Positions 1-9,534 of a DNA stretch of 64,000 bases are shown here, piece by piece. The stretch spans positions 6,134 through 70,133 of the forward strand of contig CAIXKI010000158.1 in the NCBI GenBank assembly GCA_903920005.1, read 5' to 3'. Source of the DNA: an uncultured delta proteobacterium (GTDB taxonomy: Bacteria; Bdellovibrionota_C; UBA2361; OMII01). Each line of letters starts with the position of its first letter. Positions within the stretch are counted from its first letter, which is position 1. The position numbers and the translations under genes were made by a program. The notes beneath the pieces were generated by a model that had not been told where the DNA came from, did not search any database, and was given only the letters and a program-made list of their open reading frames with translations.

Positions 1-1007
1 TTCCTGTTACGGCTTTAAGAATCCCGGAAAACGCGTCCGCGCTCCTCAAGGATGTTGGAATAACGCGCATCGGTGACCTTGCGCGCCTACCTCGGTATAC
101 GATTGCTCAACGTTTCGGAAAATTTGTCACCTACCGACTGGAGCAGGCCTTTGGCGACCTAGAAGAGCGCTTGCACACCGTTGAAGAAACGAAGAGATAC
201 AATACCTCTCGAATCTTTGAACCTCCCCTCACAAGCCGCAAAAGTATCGTCATAGCGATTAACGCGCTCTTTAAGGCCGTGCTTCAGCAGCTTAAAAGCA
301 ATAAACGCTGCGCCAAGTATTTTCATCTGGCGCTTTACGATACTCAAAAATCCGTTATCTGCAGGGAATTTCCTCTCGCCTCAGCAACCGATGACGTAAC
401 ACACCTCTCCACGATTATAGAACCGATTATCGACGGTATGCATTTTTCAGGAGAGCTTCGCGAAATAGCGATTACCGCTCGTCAGATTGAGGCGAGTCGC
501 TCAGAACAGACTCGGCTCTCACCATCACTCCATAAAGATGCCCCGGACTCTCGAGAGAAAAAGGAGCTTTTAAATACCTTTAGCGTTCGAATCGGCAAGG
601 AGCGCCTCCTCTTCGCGAAGCTTAATCAGTCGTACATTCCCGAGCGATCGTTCTCTTATCACAACGCACCCGATACGATCACTAGCCATTCAGTTCATGA
701 GTTGATTCCGCACTACACCCTTCATGAACGCCCATCATATCTCCTTCCAACACCAGAGAAGATTCACACGATCTCGATGCTCCCCGATAAGCCCCCCTCG
801 TTTATTCAGTGGAGGGGGAAAAAACTAAAAGTAGTAACTGGTATCGGCCCCGAGCGGATTGCGCCGGAATGGTGGGGCTCAAGCCTCGCGCAGGAAGAGG
901 GTGTCACCCGCGACTATTTTAAAGTTCAAGATGAGTGTGGTCGGTGGCTCTGGGTGTACCGAGACCAAACCACCCAGTTGTGGTTCCTCCATGGAATGTG
1001 GGTATGA
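1..1007 (+). CDS. imuB: ImuB-like Y-family polymerase homolog, 5'-truncated (C-terminal about 335 aa present; frame open from base 3)
   Basis: The frame is open from the window edge. It carries a Y-family HhH-like segment (GITRIGDLARLPRYTIAQRFG). Stop at 1005-1007 lies 16 nt before the dnaE2 start, the typical imuB-dnaE2 order. Confidence 0.55.
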   Translation, partial: PVTALRIPENASALLKDVGITRIGDLARLPRYTIAQRFGKFVTYRLEQAFGDLEERLHTVEETKRYNTSRIFEPPLTSRKSIVIAINALFKAVLQQLKSNKRCAKYFHLALYDTQKSVICREFPLASATDDVTHLSTIIEPIIDGMHFSGELREIAITARQIEASRSEQTRLSPSLHKDAPDSREKKELLNTFSVRIGKERLLFAKLNQSYIPERSFSYHNAPDTITSHSVHELIPHYTLHERPSYLLPTPEKIHTISMLPDKPPSFIQWRGKKLKVVTGIGPERIAPEWWGSSLAQEEGVTRDYFKVQDECGRWLWVYRDQTTQLWFLHGMWV

Positions 1008-1023
1008 CTCCTTTATTCTCTTC

Positions 1024-4000
1024 ATGAAAAACAAGATCGCGTACTCAGAACTCCAGCTCGCGACGAACTTTTCGTTCCTTAGGGGCGCAAGTCATCCCCA
1101 TGAATACGCGTGGAAAGCGGCAGAGCTTGGATATAAAGCTTTTGGAATTACCGACTACAACTCTCTCGCCGGTGTTGTGAGAGGGCATACCGCCGCTCAA
1201 GAAGCCGGGGTCCCCTTTCTCGTAGGGTGCCGCATTGAGATCGATTTTCAAGGGATCGTGAAACACGAACTCGCGCATAGGAGCCCCGACTATCATCGTA
1301 CCTCCATTCTCGTCTATCCAAAGGATAGAGCAGCATATGGAACGCTCTGCCAGCTCCTTACCTACGGTCGAAGGGATGTCTCCAAAAACGAGTTTTTCTT
1401 AAACTTACGTGATTTTCTTCCCGTTCAGAATCAATTCGCGACGATCCTCATTCCCCCATTCTTTCAAACGCTCTTTCATCATCTCGCGCCTCTCCCAGAC
1501 TCCGTCGAGGAAACGACACGATCGACTCTCTTTTTTAAACTGTGCGAGATAGTCCGAGATACCTGTACAGACCCAACTCTTCTGTCGCTCGCTATCACCT
1601 ACAACTATGGGCCCCTAAACCCTCACCTCGTGCAAAAGGCACTCGCTATCGCGCAAACTTTAAACATCGCGCCCGTAGCGACCAACGACGTGCACTACCA
1701 TGTTCCTGAGAGAAAGCCTCTTCAGGACGCACTTACCTGCATCCGAGAGAAATGCACCCTTCACCAGGCGGGCTTTCGGCTTTTCCAGAATGGAGAGCGA
1801 TATTGCAAGACTCCTGAGGAGATGGCGCGCCTCTTTCGAGATATTCCTCACGCTATCGCCAGAACCCAAGTGATTACCGAGATAGCATCCGGGTTCTCAC
1901 TCTCTCAGCTCAGATATACCTATCCCAACGAGATATGCCCTAATCAACTCTCACCCCTTGAATATTTAAAGCAAGAGGTGCGCCGCGGAGCAGAGGAACG
2001 TTATCCACAGGGTATTCCACACCATGTGAATAACACGATTGAGGAAGAGCTTACGCTGATTCATGAGCTTGAGTACGAGAAGTACTTTCTCACGTGCTAT
2101 GACATCGTCACCTTCGCTCGCAGTCGGGGCATACTCTGCCAAGGACGGGGTGCCGCGGCCAATTCTGTGGTGTGCTTCTGTCTCGGCATTACCTCCGTGG
2201 ATCCGAATAAGATCGACCTTCTGTTTGCCCGCTTTATTAGTAAAGAGCGCCGAGAGCCTCCGGACATCGATATCGACTTTGAGCATGAGCGGCGAGAAGA
2301 GGTTATTCAGTATATCTACGCAAAATACGGGCGCACCCGAGCGGCTATCGCCTCTGAGGTAATTACCTACCGGGCTCGGAGCGCCGTTCGAGAGATTGGC
2401 AAGGTAGCTGGTCTATCTCTTCAGATAGTAGATACGCTCGCTAAGGGCGTTCATCGGTGGACGCAGTGCTCGATTACCGCTGAGATGCTCCGTGAGCTGG
2501 GGCTCAACCCGTTTGACGCTACGATTCAAAACGTTCTCATCCTCTCAAACGAACTCGTCGGATTCCCGCGGCACCTCTCCCAACACGTGGGTGGATTCGT
2601 GATCTCTGATACCCCCCTCTGCGAGATAGTTCCGATCATCAATGCCGGTATGGAGCACCGCACTATCATCGAATGGGACAAAAACGATATCGAGGAGCTT
2701 GGAATGTTAAAGATTGATATCCTCGCCCTCGGGATGCTCACCTGCATCCGAAAGGCGCTCGATAGTATCAACGCCCGTCGTGACATTCCCTTAGAGCTTC
2801 ACACAATCCCTTCTGAGGATCCAAAAGTCTACGAGATGGTAGGCCGCTCAGATACTGTTGGTGTATTTCAGATCGAATCACGCGCACAGATGTCGATGTT
2901 ACCGAGACTTAAGCCCCGATGCTTTTACGACCTCGTCATCGAGGTCGCTATCGTTCGGCCTGGACCGATTCAGGGAAACATGGTGCATCCGTATTTACGA
3001 AGACGAAACGGTCTTGAAAAGCCGTATTACCCTGACGCGCGCGTTGAGCGCATCTTAGGAAAAACGCTCGGAGTGCCTATCTTCCAAGAACAAGCGATGC
3101 GACTTGCGATCACTCTAGCGAACTTTACACCCGGAGAGGCAGAGCAACTCCGTCGCGCGATGGCAGCCTGGAAGAGCCACAAGGGGGTCATCGAGACCTT
3201 TAAAGAGAAGATCGTTAAAGGGATGATCGCGAACGGATACTCCATCGAATTCGCGGAGACGTGCTTAAATCAGATTAAGGGCTTTAGTGAGTATGGATTC
3301 CCTGAATCGCACGCGGCGTCCTTCGCGCACCTTGTGTATGCTTCGGCATGGATTAAGCGCCACTATCCTGCCGAGTTCGCGTGCGCGCTGCTCAATAGCC
3401 AGCCGATGGGATTCTATCAACCGTCCCAAATCGTACAAGACGCCGAACGACACGGTGTAATCGTTGAAAGGATCGACGCGAACAAGAGCGGATGGGACTG
3501 CTCAATATGTTATGACTCTTCGGGAAAAGGGGTATTACGCCTAGGACTCCGCCTCATATCTGGACTACGACGAGATCATGCGGAGGCGATCGAGAAATCA
3601 GTACAACTCGAAGGTGAATTTGATTCAATCGATTCTCTCTGGGCACGAAATACATCGGTAACAAAATCAACCCTACGAACCTTAGCGAACGCTGATGTCT
3701 TTGACTCCGTAGCGCTCTCTCGTAGACCCGCGCATTGGAACATTCATGCGCTCGCGAGTAAGCCCGCACCTCTTGACGCGCTGTTCACCAAAAGATCCCA
3801 TGGCCACGAAGTGAGACTTCCTCAATCGAACACGCAACGGGATATGTTTCAGGATTACGCGACGACAGGACTATCTCTACGAGCTCATCCCCTTGAATTT
3901 CTGCGAGAGCACCTCTCTACACGCGGAGCGCGAACCGCGGAGGCACTTTCAGTCACGAACGGGCTGAAGATCGGCGCTCGAATAGCGACCGCAGGACTCG

Positions 4001-4260
4001 CTATTACCCGGCAGCGACCCGGCACCGCAAAGGGCGTCGTCTTTATTACTCTAGAGGATGAAACAGGCACGATAAATTTAATTATCCGCCCCACTCTTTT
4101 TGAAACCTACAGCTCCATCATCATGCGAAGCTCAATTCTCTATACCGAAGGAAAGCTCGAACGGATAGGCGAGGTTATCTATCTGGATGTCGAGCGACTA
4201 GAATCGCTCGATGGGAAGCTACAAGAACGGCCCAGGTCAGCCGAGCCTTACTCCTGCTAG
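1024..4260 (+). CDS. dnaE2: Error-prone DNA polymerase III alpha-like DnaE2/ImuC (about 1078 aa)
   Basis: N-terminus MKNKIAYSELQLATNFSFLRGASHP is the canonical DnaE2 PHP-domain start. Pol III alpha palm and fingers motifs run throughout. The track ORF from 859 overlaps imuB, so ATG 1024 is the likely start. Confidence 0.85.
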   Translation: MKNKIAYSELQLATNFSFLRGASHPHEYAWKAAELGYKAFGITDYNSLAGVVRGHTAAQEAGVPFLVGCRIEIDFQGIVKHELAHRSPDYHRTSILVYPKDRAAYGTLCQLLTYGRRDVSKNEFFLNLRDFLPVQNQFATILIPPFFQTLFHHLAPLPDSVEETTRSTLFFKLCEIVRDTCTDPTLLSLAITYNYGPLNPHLVQKALAIAQTLNIAPVATNDVHYHVPERKPLQDALTCIREKCTLHQAGFRLFQNGERYCKTPEEMARLFRDIPHAIARTQVITEIASGFSLSQLRYTYPNEICPNQLSPLEYLKQEVRRGAEERYPQGIPHHVNNTIEEELTLIHELEYEKYFLTCYDIVTFARSRGILCQGRGAAANSVVCFCLGITSVDPNKIDLLFARFISKERREPPDIDIDFEHERREEVIQYIYAKYGRTRAAIASEVITYRARSAVREIGKVAGLSLQIVDTLAKGVHRWTQCSITAEMLRELGLNPFDATIQNVLILSNELVGFPRHLSQHVGGFVISDTPLCEIVPIINAGMEHRTIIEWDKNDIEELGMLKIDILALGMLTCIRKALDSINARRDIPLELHTIPSEDPKVYEMVGRSDTVGVFQIESRAQMSMLPRLKPRCFYDLVIEVAIVRPGPIQGNMVHPYLRRRNGLEKPYYPDARVERILGKTLGVPIFQEQAMRLAITLANFTPGEAEQLRRAMAAWKSHKGVIETFKEKIVKGMIANGYSIEFAETCLNQIKGFSEYGFPESHAASFAHLVYASAWIKRHYPAEFACALLNSQPMGFYQPSQIVQDAERHGVIVERIDANKSGWDCSICYDSSGKGVLRLGLRLISGLRRDHAEAIEKSVQLEGEFDSIDSLWARNTSVTKSTLRTLANADVFDSVALSRRPAHWNIHALASKPAPLDALFTKRSHGHEVRLPQSNTQRDMFQDYATTGLSLRAHPLEFLREHLSTRGARTAEALSVTNGLKIGARIATAGLAITRQRPGTAKGVVFITLEDETGTINLIIRPTLFETYSSIIMRSSILYTEGKLERIGEVIYLDVERLESLDGKLQERPRSAEPYSC

Positions 4261-4364
4261 GCAGAGTGGTCAGAAAGATTTCTTGGGCACTCACGCCGAA
4301 TAGTTAGAACTACGCAGCAAAATAACTTAAGAAACCTATCGATAGTTACAATTAGAGGGCGCGC

Positions 4365-5138
4365 CTACGTACCATTAAGAAAAGAGAATACCTGGTCGAG
4401 CTCCGCTCGAGAAGCGAGTCGATTTTTCTCCGAAAACCCGTATCCGAATTCGAGCTTGCCCTCAATAATCGCGGCAAACGCGCTATCGGCGAAGTCGGCA
4501 AGAGGCGCGCCATCATCGTGCAAGCCCACTCCTCCAAGATCCGTATTCACTTTAGGCGGAATAATCTCCACTACTCTAATGCCCGTCTCTCGGAGCTGGT
4601 GACGAAGACTTAGGGTAAACGAGTGGAGGGCCGCCTTGGTCGCGCAATACGTCGACATAAACGCTAGTGGTGAAAAAGCGAGTCCCGACGATACGTTCAT
4701 AATTGCGGCTTCTGGCTTCTTCAAGAAGTGTTGCACAAATAACATCGAAAGGTGCATCGGCGCTTCTACATTAGTAGCCAATTCCCGACGGTGATCCTCC
4801 CACTCTTGGGGCTGAGTCAGTGGGGCGGGACGGTTCTGAATCCCGGCGTTGTTTATAAGAACGGAGACCTCCGGAAATAACTCCACAACCCGTTGATACA
4901 GAGATACCCGTTCACGCTCATTGGAAACGTCACACTGGAGTACCTCCAGATGTGGGGACAACTCCCTAGCCTGGGCAAGCTTATCCTCCCGCCTGCCACA
5001 GATAATGACTCTATTGTTTGCCTCAACAAAGCGAGTTGCGAGGGCGTAGCCGATACCCGTAGCGCCACCGGTGATGAGGATCGTTTTCTGTTTATAATTC
5101 ATCATTCTGGCCGGACGCATATATGCTGACGTAAACAA
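4365..5138 (-). CDS. Short-chain dehydrogenase/reductase (SDR) family oxidoreductase; alternative start at 5105 (MMNYKQKTILITGG)
   Basis: Contains TGGATGIGYALA (Rossmann TGxxxGxG), NNAG, and the YxxxK active site (YCATKAA). Confidence 0.8.
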   Translation of the reverse strand: MFTSAYMRPARMMNYKQKTILITGGATGIGYALATRFVEANNRVIICGRREDKLAQARELSPHLEVLQCDVSNERERVSLYQRVVELFPEVSVLINNAGIQNRPAPLTQPQEWEDHRRELATNVEAPMHLSMLFVQHFLKKPEAAIMNVSSGLAFSPLAFMSTYCATKAALHSFTLSLRHQLRETGIRVVEIIPPKVNTDLGGVGLHDDGAPLADFADSAFAAIIEGKLEFGYGFSEKNRLASRAELDQVFSFLNGT

Positions 5139-5217
5139 CCGACCTCCGACCCTTACTCCCTAACGGATACATAGGGGGACGATGCAGCTCTCATGACATG
5201 GCTCTCACCAGATTACG

Positions 5218-5928
5218 CTATTTACATTCACACCGACCCGCAACTGAAAAACTCATTTGTACAGGGGCGTCGCCGTGATATCCCGTTCCGTCAGAAAGTG
5301 GAGCCCGAGCGCTGCCCGTCAACGAGAAATTGCCGCCGCTTGAGGTTCCTTTAAGGTCCGATACGATCACCTTTCCCATCCCGCCAATCACCAACCTCGG
5401 GGTTCCGCCCTCTGCCCAGGAAAAAAGCACCGACTTGCCTTGATAACTCCAGCCACACAAGCTCCCACTAGCCGTTGCATCTTGATCTGTAAATGTAACG
5501 CTCTTGAGCGATTGAACTACTCCACCCTGGCATACGACCGTCGCCAACGCCGAACCGTTCATCGCTTTCAATGCCCATGGCTTATCATTCCCCTGTGGAC
5601 AATTTGGTCCATGGGACGTTTTTCCGATCGTACCGATCGTAAGATTAACGGGCTCTACAGGAATCACTTTTACGCACATCTCAATGGGAATAACGGTCGG
5701 GCACTCGGGAGGCTTGGCACCGCATCCAGCGGCGGCAGCCAAAATTGTATCGCACCCGAAGCAATCGATACCGCACACTTTCGTGTCGCACCGAGTAGAG
5801 CCGCTTCCTAAACTACTCCCCTCCGGAGATTGCATGCACGGCGTCTGAGCGTGCGCAGCTCCACTCGCTGCTACGAACGAGGCGATTGCGACCAGAAAAG
5901 AAATAACGACACAAGCAAATCGATCCAT
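5218..5928 (-). CDS. Secreted Cys-rich hypothetical protein (signal peptide MDRFACVVISFLVAIASFVAASGAAHA)
   Basis: SD-like AAGGGAG sits about 9 nt upstream of ATG 5928. It has a classic signal peptide with AHA-Q cleavage and many Cys in the first 80 mature residues. No recognisable domain. Confidence 0.5.
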   Translation of the reverse strand: MDRFACVVISFLVAIASFVAASGAAHAQTPCMQSPEGSSLGSGSTRCDTKVCGIDCFGCDTILAAAAGCGAKPPECPTVIPIEMCVKVIPVEPVNLTIGTIGKTSHGPNCPQGNDKPWALKAMNGSALATVVCQGGVVQSLKSVTFTDQDATASGSLCGWSYQGKSVLFSWAEGGTPRLVIGGMGKVIVSDLKGTSSGGNFSLTGSARAPLSDGTGYHGDAPVQMSFSVAGRCECK

Positions 5929-6137
5929 CGCGGGATCTCCCTTAAGAGCATTGCCTATAAGCGGCCTGGGCTCTTTTTCTATTTTGTCTTGATCCATATC
6001 TCACCACCTAATTTTAATAAGCCTACTATCCGCCGCTAGTCACCATCTCGTGGAATACGAGACTCTCACACCATCCTTACATTGACCGAGCTATCAGCTA
6101 TCTGCCCTCGCGATTAACCGCCGTAGAACTCTCCATC

Positions 6138-6980
6138 CTACAATCGAAACACCTCCCGAAAGCGCGCCTCGAACGGTTCAAGCGATACCTTCTCTCTATA
6201 GAGCTCAACATTCTGTCTCTGAGTGTAGAGCAACCGACTAGACTCAAGGTCTTGAAGTTCTCTCATATAGTCACTCGAGGCGTTAATAAAGGCTTCAGAA
6301 TTAAGCTTACCTAGACTTCCGCCGTCGTAGATCGGAATCGTTCCCGCGATCCATGATTGAAACGCTTTTTCCGTTATGTATCCTGGGGTCTTACTATTCT
6401 CCAGGCAGATCATGTAGCGGTACTGGGCTATCCAATGAAGATACTCGAACCCACGAGGAGCAAGATACCCAACGTTATTCAGTTCAAGCCCAGCCGAGTC
6501 TACGGCCTTCCATCCGTGAATACGGTGAAAGACCTCTTCTCGCGTTTTCTTCATCTCTCCGAAGTATTTATTCGACGTCACAAAACAACAAAACTTCTCG
6601 CGAGGAGCCTTAAGAAACTCGGCCCTCAGTCCGTAGAGTTCATCCACGGAGCAATCGTAGTAGACACTTTCAAAGGGATAGGGGATGAAGTGCCTGACGT
6701 TCCCCAACTGAAGCGGCGGTGGCAGGATACCAAAGACTGCATGGTATCGACTCAAATCGTGGTGTGGTTTAAACACGTCCCAATTCTCATTAGAAATAAG
6801 AACCACAGGGATATCTTTCGGAAAGTCATGAGCGCGCCAGACGCTCGCAATGATAAAATCGGGCGCTTCGTTCTGCCGTACGACCGCAACACTGCCTTCT
6901 TGCAGAAATCTACGAAAAAGATTGCCCGTCCATCGAATGAACTCAGTATCGAACTCCTCCATGTAGGCGAATCTAATCAT
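6138..6980 (-). CDS. GT10-family alpha-1,3-fucosyltransferase-like glycosyltransferase
   Basis: Motif YRYMICLENSKTPGYITEKAFQSWIAGTIPIYDGG matches the conserved FucT motif (YKFxLAFENS...Y[IV]TEK...G.VP[IV]Y.G). Confidence 0.7.
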   Translation of the reverse strand: MIRFAYMEEFDTEFIRWTGNLFRRFLQEGSVAVVRQNEAPDFIIASVWRAHDFPKDIPVVLISNENWDVFKPHHDLSRYHAVFGILPPPLQLGNVRHFIPYPFESVYYDCSVDELYGLRAEFLKAPREKFCCFVTSNKYFGEMKKTREEVFHRIHGWKAVDSAGLELNNVGYLAPRGFEYLHWIAQYRYMICLENSKTPGYITEKAFQSWIAGTIPIYDGGSLGKLNSEAFINASSDYMRELQDLESSRLLYTQRQNVELYREKVSLEPFEARFREVFRL

Positions 6981-6991
6981 TGCTCTTGCGC

Positions 6992-7642
6992 CTATCGAAC
7001 ATCCATAAAGAGAAAGTCGTGCTCGGAAAAGGTCTCAACAAAACGATAGCCATGAAACTCCAGGTACTCTGTCATTCGGGGGAGCGACCGACACTCTACA
7101 AGGAGGTATTTAAACCTAAATTGGCTATGGTTAACTCCCTCAAGAACATGAAGCTCGACCCCTTCCACGTCGAGCGAGAAAAAATCAACGCTAGACGGTG
7201 CTCCTGCCTGAATGAGTATATCGTTTAGTGTTCGAGCCTCGGCACCATAGACGAACACCTCCTCGTGGGGCGGTAAGTATTGCTTGCCGAACTCAACGTG
7301 CTTCTGCAGGTCTGGGACGTCAGTGCCGGGCAGATCCGCAACCGACATCAAGTTCGAATAGATCATCGGCACAAATCGCTCCGTATACCCAAAGGGCACA
7401 CAGGCCGCACAAAATACTTTTGACTGCGGGGCTCGATTCGCCCGACACTTAAAGAAATTGGCGTGAGACGGTTCCACCAGAACACCCCGCCATCCTCGAT
7501 ACTTCTCATAGTAAAGCGTGTTCGACTGCGCGACTCCGTCGTTAGCGCCTATCTCAATGAAATATCCGTTGTCGTAATTAAGGTACCGCTCCATCTTTTG
7601 ATCAAGGCCGTTGAGTCCATAAAAATAGCGCTCTCCGCTCAT
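6992..7642 (-). CDS. FkbM-family SAM-dependent methyltransferase (NoeI-like sugar O-methyltransferase type)
   Basis: Contains YFIEIGANDGVAQSNT ... GVLVEP ... FFSLDVEGVELHVLEG, the FkbM domain hallmarks. Confidence 0.75.
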   Translation of the reverse strand: MSGERYFYGLNGLDQKMERYLNYDNGYFIEIGANDGVAQSNTLYYEKYRGWRGVLVEPSHANFFKCRANRAPQSKVFCAACVPFGYTERFVPMIYSNLMSVADLPGTDVPDLQKHVEFGKQYLPPHEEVFVYGAEARTLNDILIQAGAPSSVDFFSLDVEGVELHVLEGVNHSQFRFKYLLVECRSLPRMTEYLEFHGYRFVETFSEHDFLFMDVR

Positions 7643-7661
7643 AATTCTTCTCCCTTCTACC

Positions 7662-8555
7662 CTATAGGCCGCCAGTAATCGGCGAATCGGCTTGTATTCG
7701 CTTCACGATGTTTTGAAACATTCCTTCGAGCGTGAAATACGACTCGTATACTCGCCGCCCGTTCTCGACGAGTCGGTTGTACTCTCCTTCGCTGATGCCA
7801 GCCAAAAGGTCGTAGAGACCAGAGATCTGCCCAGGCTTTACCAAAATAGAGAAGTCACTCCACGTGAGTTCATCGGTCCACGGAAGGTAGTGCTCATCAG
7901 AGATATAGACGGGGACTGAGCCGAGCTGAAGAATCTCGTAGAGTCTGAAGCTGCTTTTGCCGTAGCCGCGAGGCGCTAAGCCGAACTTACTTGAGCAAGT
8001 CGTCTCCACGAAGTTTACTACTTTTTGCATTGAAACGTTGACCGACCACGGTAACGCCGAGAGCTCGACGTCCGGCTTTCCCTCAAGAGACGCGCACATC
8101 TCTTTGCGAATGGGGTGCGTGTCGACGGAGCCTACAAAAGAGGCGAGTAATATCTTCTTAGAGTGAGGCACCAGCTCCTCAGGAATGGGACTGCATATGA
8201 GAGGTATCGGAATAATGTTGCCCTTGGTTCGGTTTCCACCTGCTGAGAAAATGATCGTATCCTCTGGCATCTCCTCAAAAGGACCATCATCAAATTGAGA
8301 AACCGTGAAGTACTTCCCTGAAGGGTTAAGCGTTTTATTCAGGTCCTCTTGTACGCTATGGTACGGTTTCCCCGCGAACATACAGTTACAGAACACGTTC
8401 GTCCAAAAGACATCGATATAATTCCGAGTCGCAGAGATTTGTTCTGCGTTCCAACGGTGAAAGAAGAACTCCTCCAGAAAATATCCACGGTGATAAGGTG
8501 GATAGGTTGGAGATTCCATCTTCGGCCGCAATAAATCATTCTGCATGAGAACCAT
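7662..8555 (-). CDS. Exostosin-like (GT47-family) glycosyltransferase
   Basis: C-terminal region FVGSV...CSSKFGLAPRGYGKSSFRLYEILQLGSVPVYISDEHYLPWTDELTWSDFSI resembles the exostosin GT47 catalytic domain. Confidence 0.6.
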   Translation of the reverse strand: MVLMQNDLLRPKMESPTYPPYHRGYFLEEFFFHRWNAEQISATRNYIDVFWTNVFCNCMFAGKPYHSVQEDLNKTLNPSGKYFTVSQFDDGPFEEMPEDTIIFSAGGNRTKGNIIPIPLICSPIPEELVPHSKKILLASFVGSVDTHPIRKEMCASLEGKPDVELSALPWSVNVSMQKVVNFVETTCSSKFGLAPRGYGKSSFRLYEILQLGSVPVYISDEHYLPWTDELTWSDFSILVKPGQISGLYDLLAGISEGEYNRLVENGRRVYESYFTLEGMFQNIVKRIQADSPITGGL

Positions 8556-8751
8556 GCGCGCTTCCTCCCATCAAATCCTCGGTACGTGCTCCCGTAGCTA
8601 TATCGACCGTTTAAAGGGGCGCCATAAGACGCTTCCGTAAAACACCGACCCAAAACCGAACCACTCGATACCATTACGTAAAACATCCCTACATCCAGAC
8701 AGGTGCTTAAGACCGGTTTAGTTACGATCCTATCTGGCCGATATTTCACCC

Positions 8752-9384
8752 ATGATGACAGACTCCTACCCTATGAGCGACGAAGAGACCCTCCGACACT
8801 ACCGCGTCCGTTGTAGCTGGCCGAACCTCTACTACGGAGTGGTCGCGCAGTTGTGCGATCAGATACGGGCGAAGCGATTTCTTGAGATAGGTGTTGCCTA
8901 CGGCTATCACGCGCTCGACATGCTTACCCGCCTGCCCGATACGGTCTATTACGGGGTTGACCCGTATCTGGCTGGCTACGACCCAAACGACGGGTTCGCG
9001 GTTGATGCTCAAAAACTCTTTGCGGAAACGAGTCCTCAAAAAGGTATGGATCGTCTGCACTCCGCTGTGCAAGCAACCCTCTCACCATATAGTGAACGAG
9101 CAAAGCTAATACGAAAGAAAAGTGTCGAGGCGGCTACAGAGTTTCCCGCCCATTTTTTCGATACCATCTTTATCGATGGAGACCACACCTATGAAGGTGT
9201 GCTCGCTGATCTTCACGCCTGGTGGGGGAAACTTCGTGTCGGCGGAATCTACTGCGGGGATGACTATACGTTACCAGCTGTACAGCGTGCCGTTCAGGAG
9301 TTTGCGAAAGAGGTCGCTCATGAGCTCCACCTAGTAGCAAAACCGGATACGCAGTATCCGATTTGGGTTATCACGAAAAAATAA
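8752..9384 (+). CDS. Class I SAM-dependent O-methyltransferase (TylF/MycF/CmcI-like, sugar O-methylation type)
   Basis: Contains FLEIGVAYGYHALDML (motif I) and FIDGDHTYEGVLADL, typical of the TylF/CmcI family. Confidence 0.7.
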   Translation: MMTDSYPMSDEETLRHYRVRCSWPNLYYGVVAQLCDQIRAKRFLEIGVAYGYHALDMLTRLPDTVYYGVDPYLAGYDPNDGFAVDAQKLFAETSPQKGMDRLHSAVQATLSPYSERAKLIRKKSVEAATEFPAHFFDTIFIDGDHTYEGVLADLHAWWGKLRVGGIYCGDDYTLPAVQRAVQEFAKEVAHELHLVAKPDTQYPIWVITKK

Positions 9385-9490
9385 CACCCGCGGCCGGCGG
9401 CCTGCCTCGCCGGATAGCCGCGACCAGCGAAATCAACGAAATCGATATATTCGTAGCACCGGTTCTCCAAAGATCTCCACGCTACCTCAC

Positions 9491-9530
9491 AAAAAAAGGG
9501 GGGCATCCATCATTGGAAAGCCCCCCCCCA
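9491..9530 (-). terminator. Rho-independent terminator for the ABC exporter gene
   Basis: On the minus strand a G/C stem (GGGGGGG...loop...CCCCCCC) is followed by a T7 run. On the plus strand this reads as A7 then the stem. It sits immediately downstream of the stop at 9535. Confidence 0.4.
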
Positions 9531-9534
9531 CGTT

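Noticed and set aside
859-1023. N-terminal extension of the dnaE2 ORF in the track (start at 859)
   Set aside because: It overlaps the imuB-like coding frame. The canonical DnaE2 N-terminus begins at ATG 1024, immediately after the imuB stop.
6357-7049. 230-aa plus-strand ORF
   Set aside because: Antisense to the fucosyltransferase-like and FkbM genes. It has no motifs and shadows a well-supported CDS.
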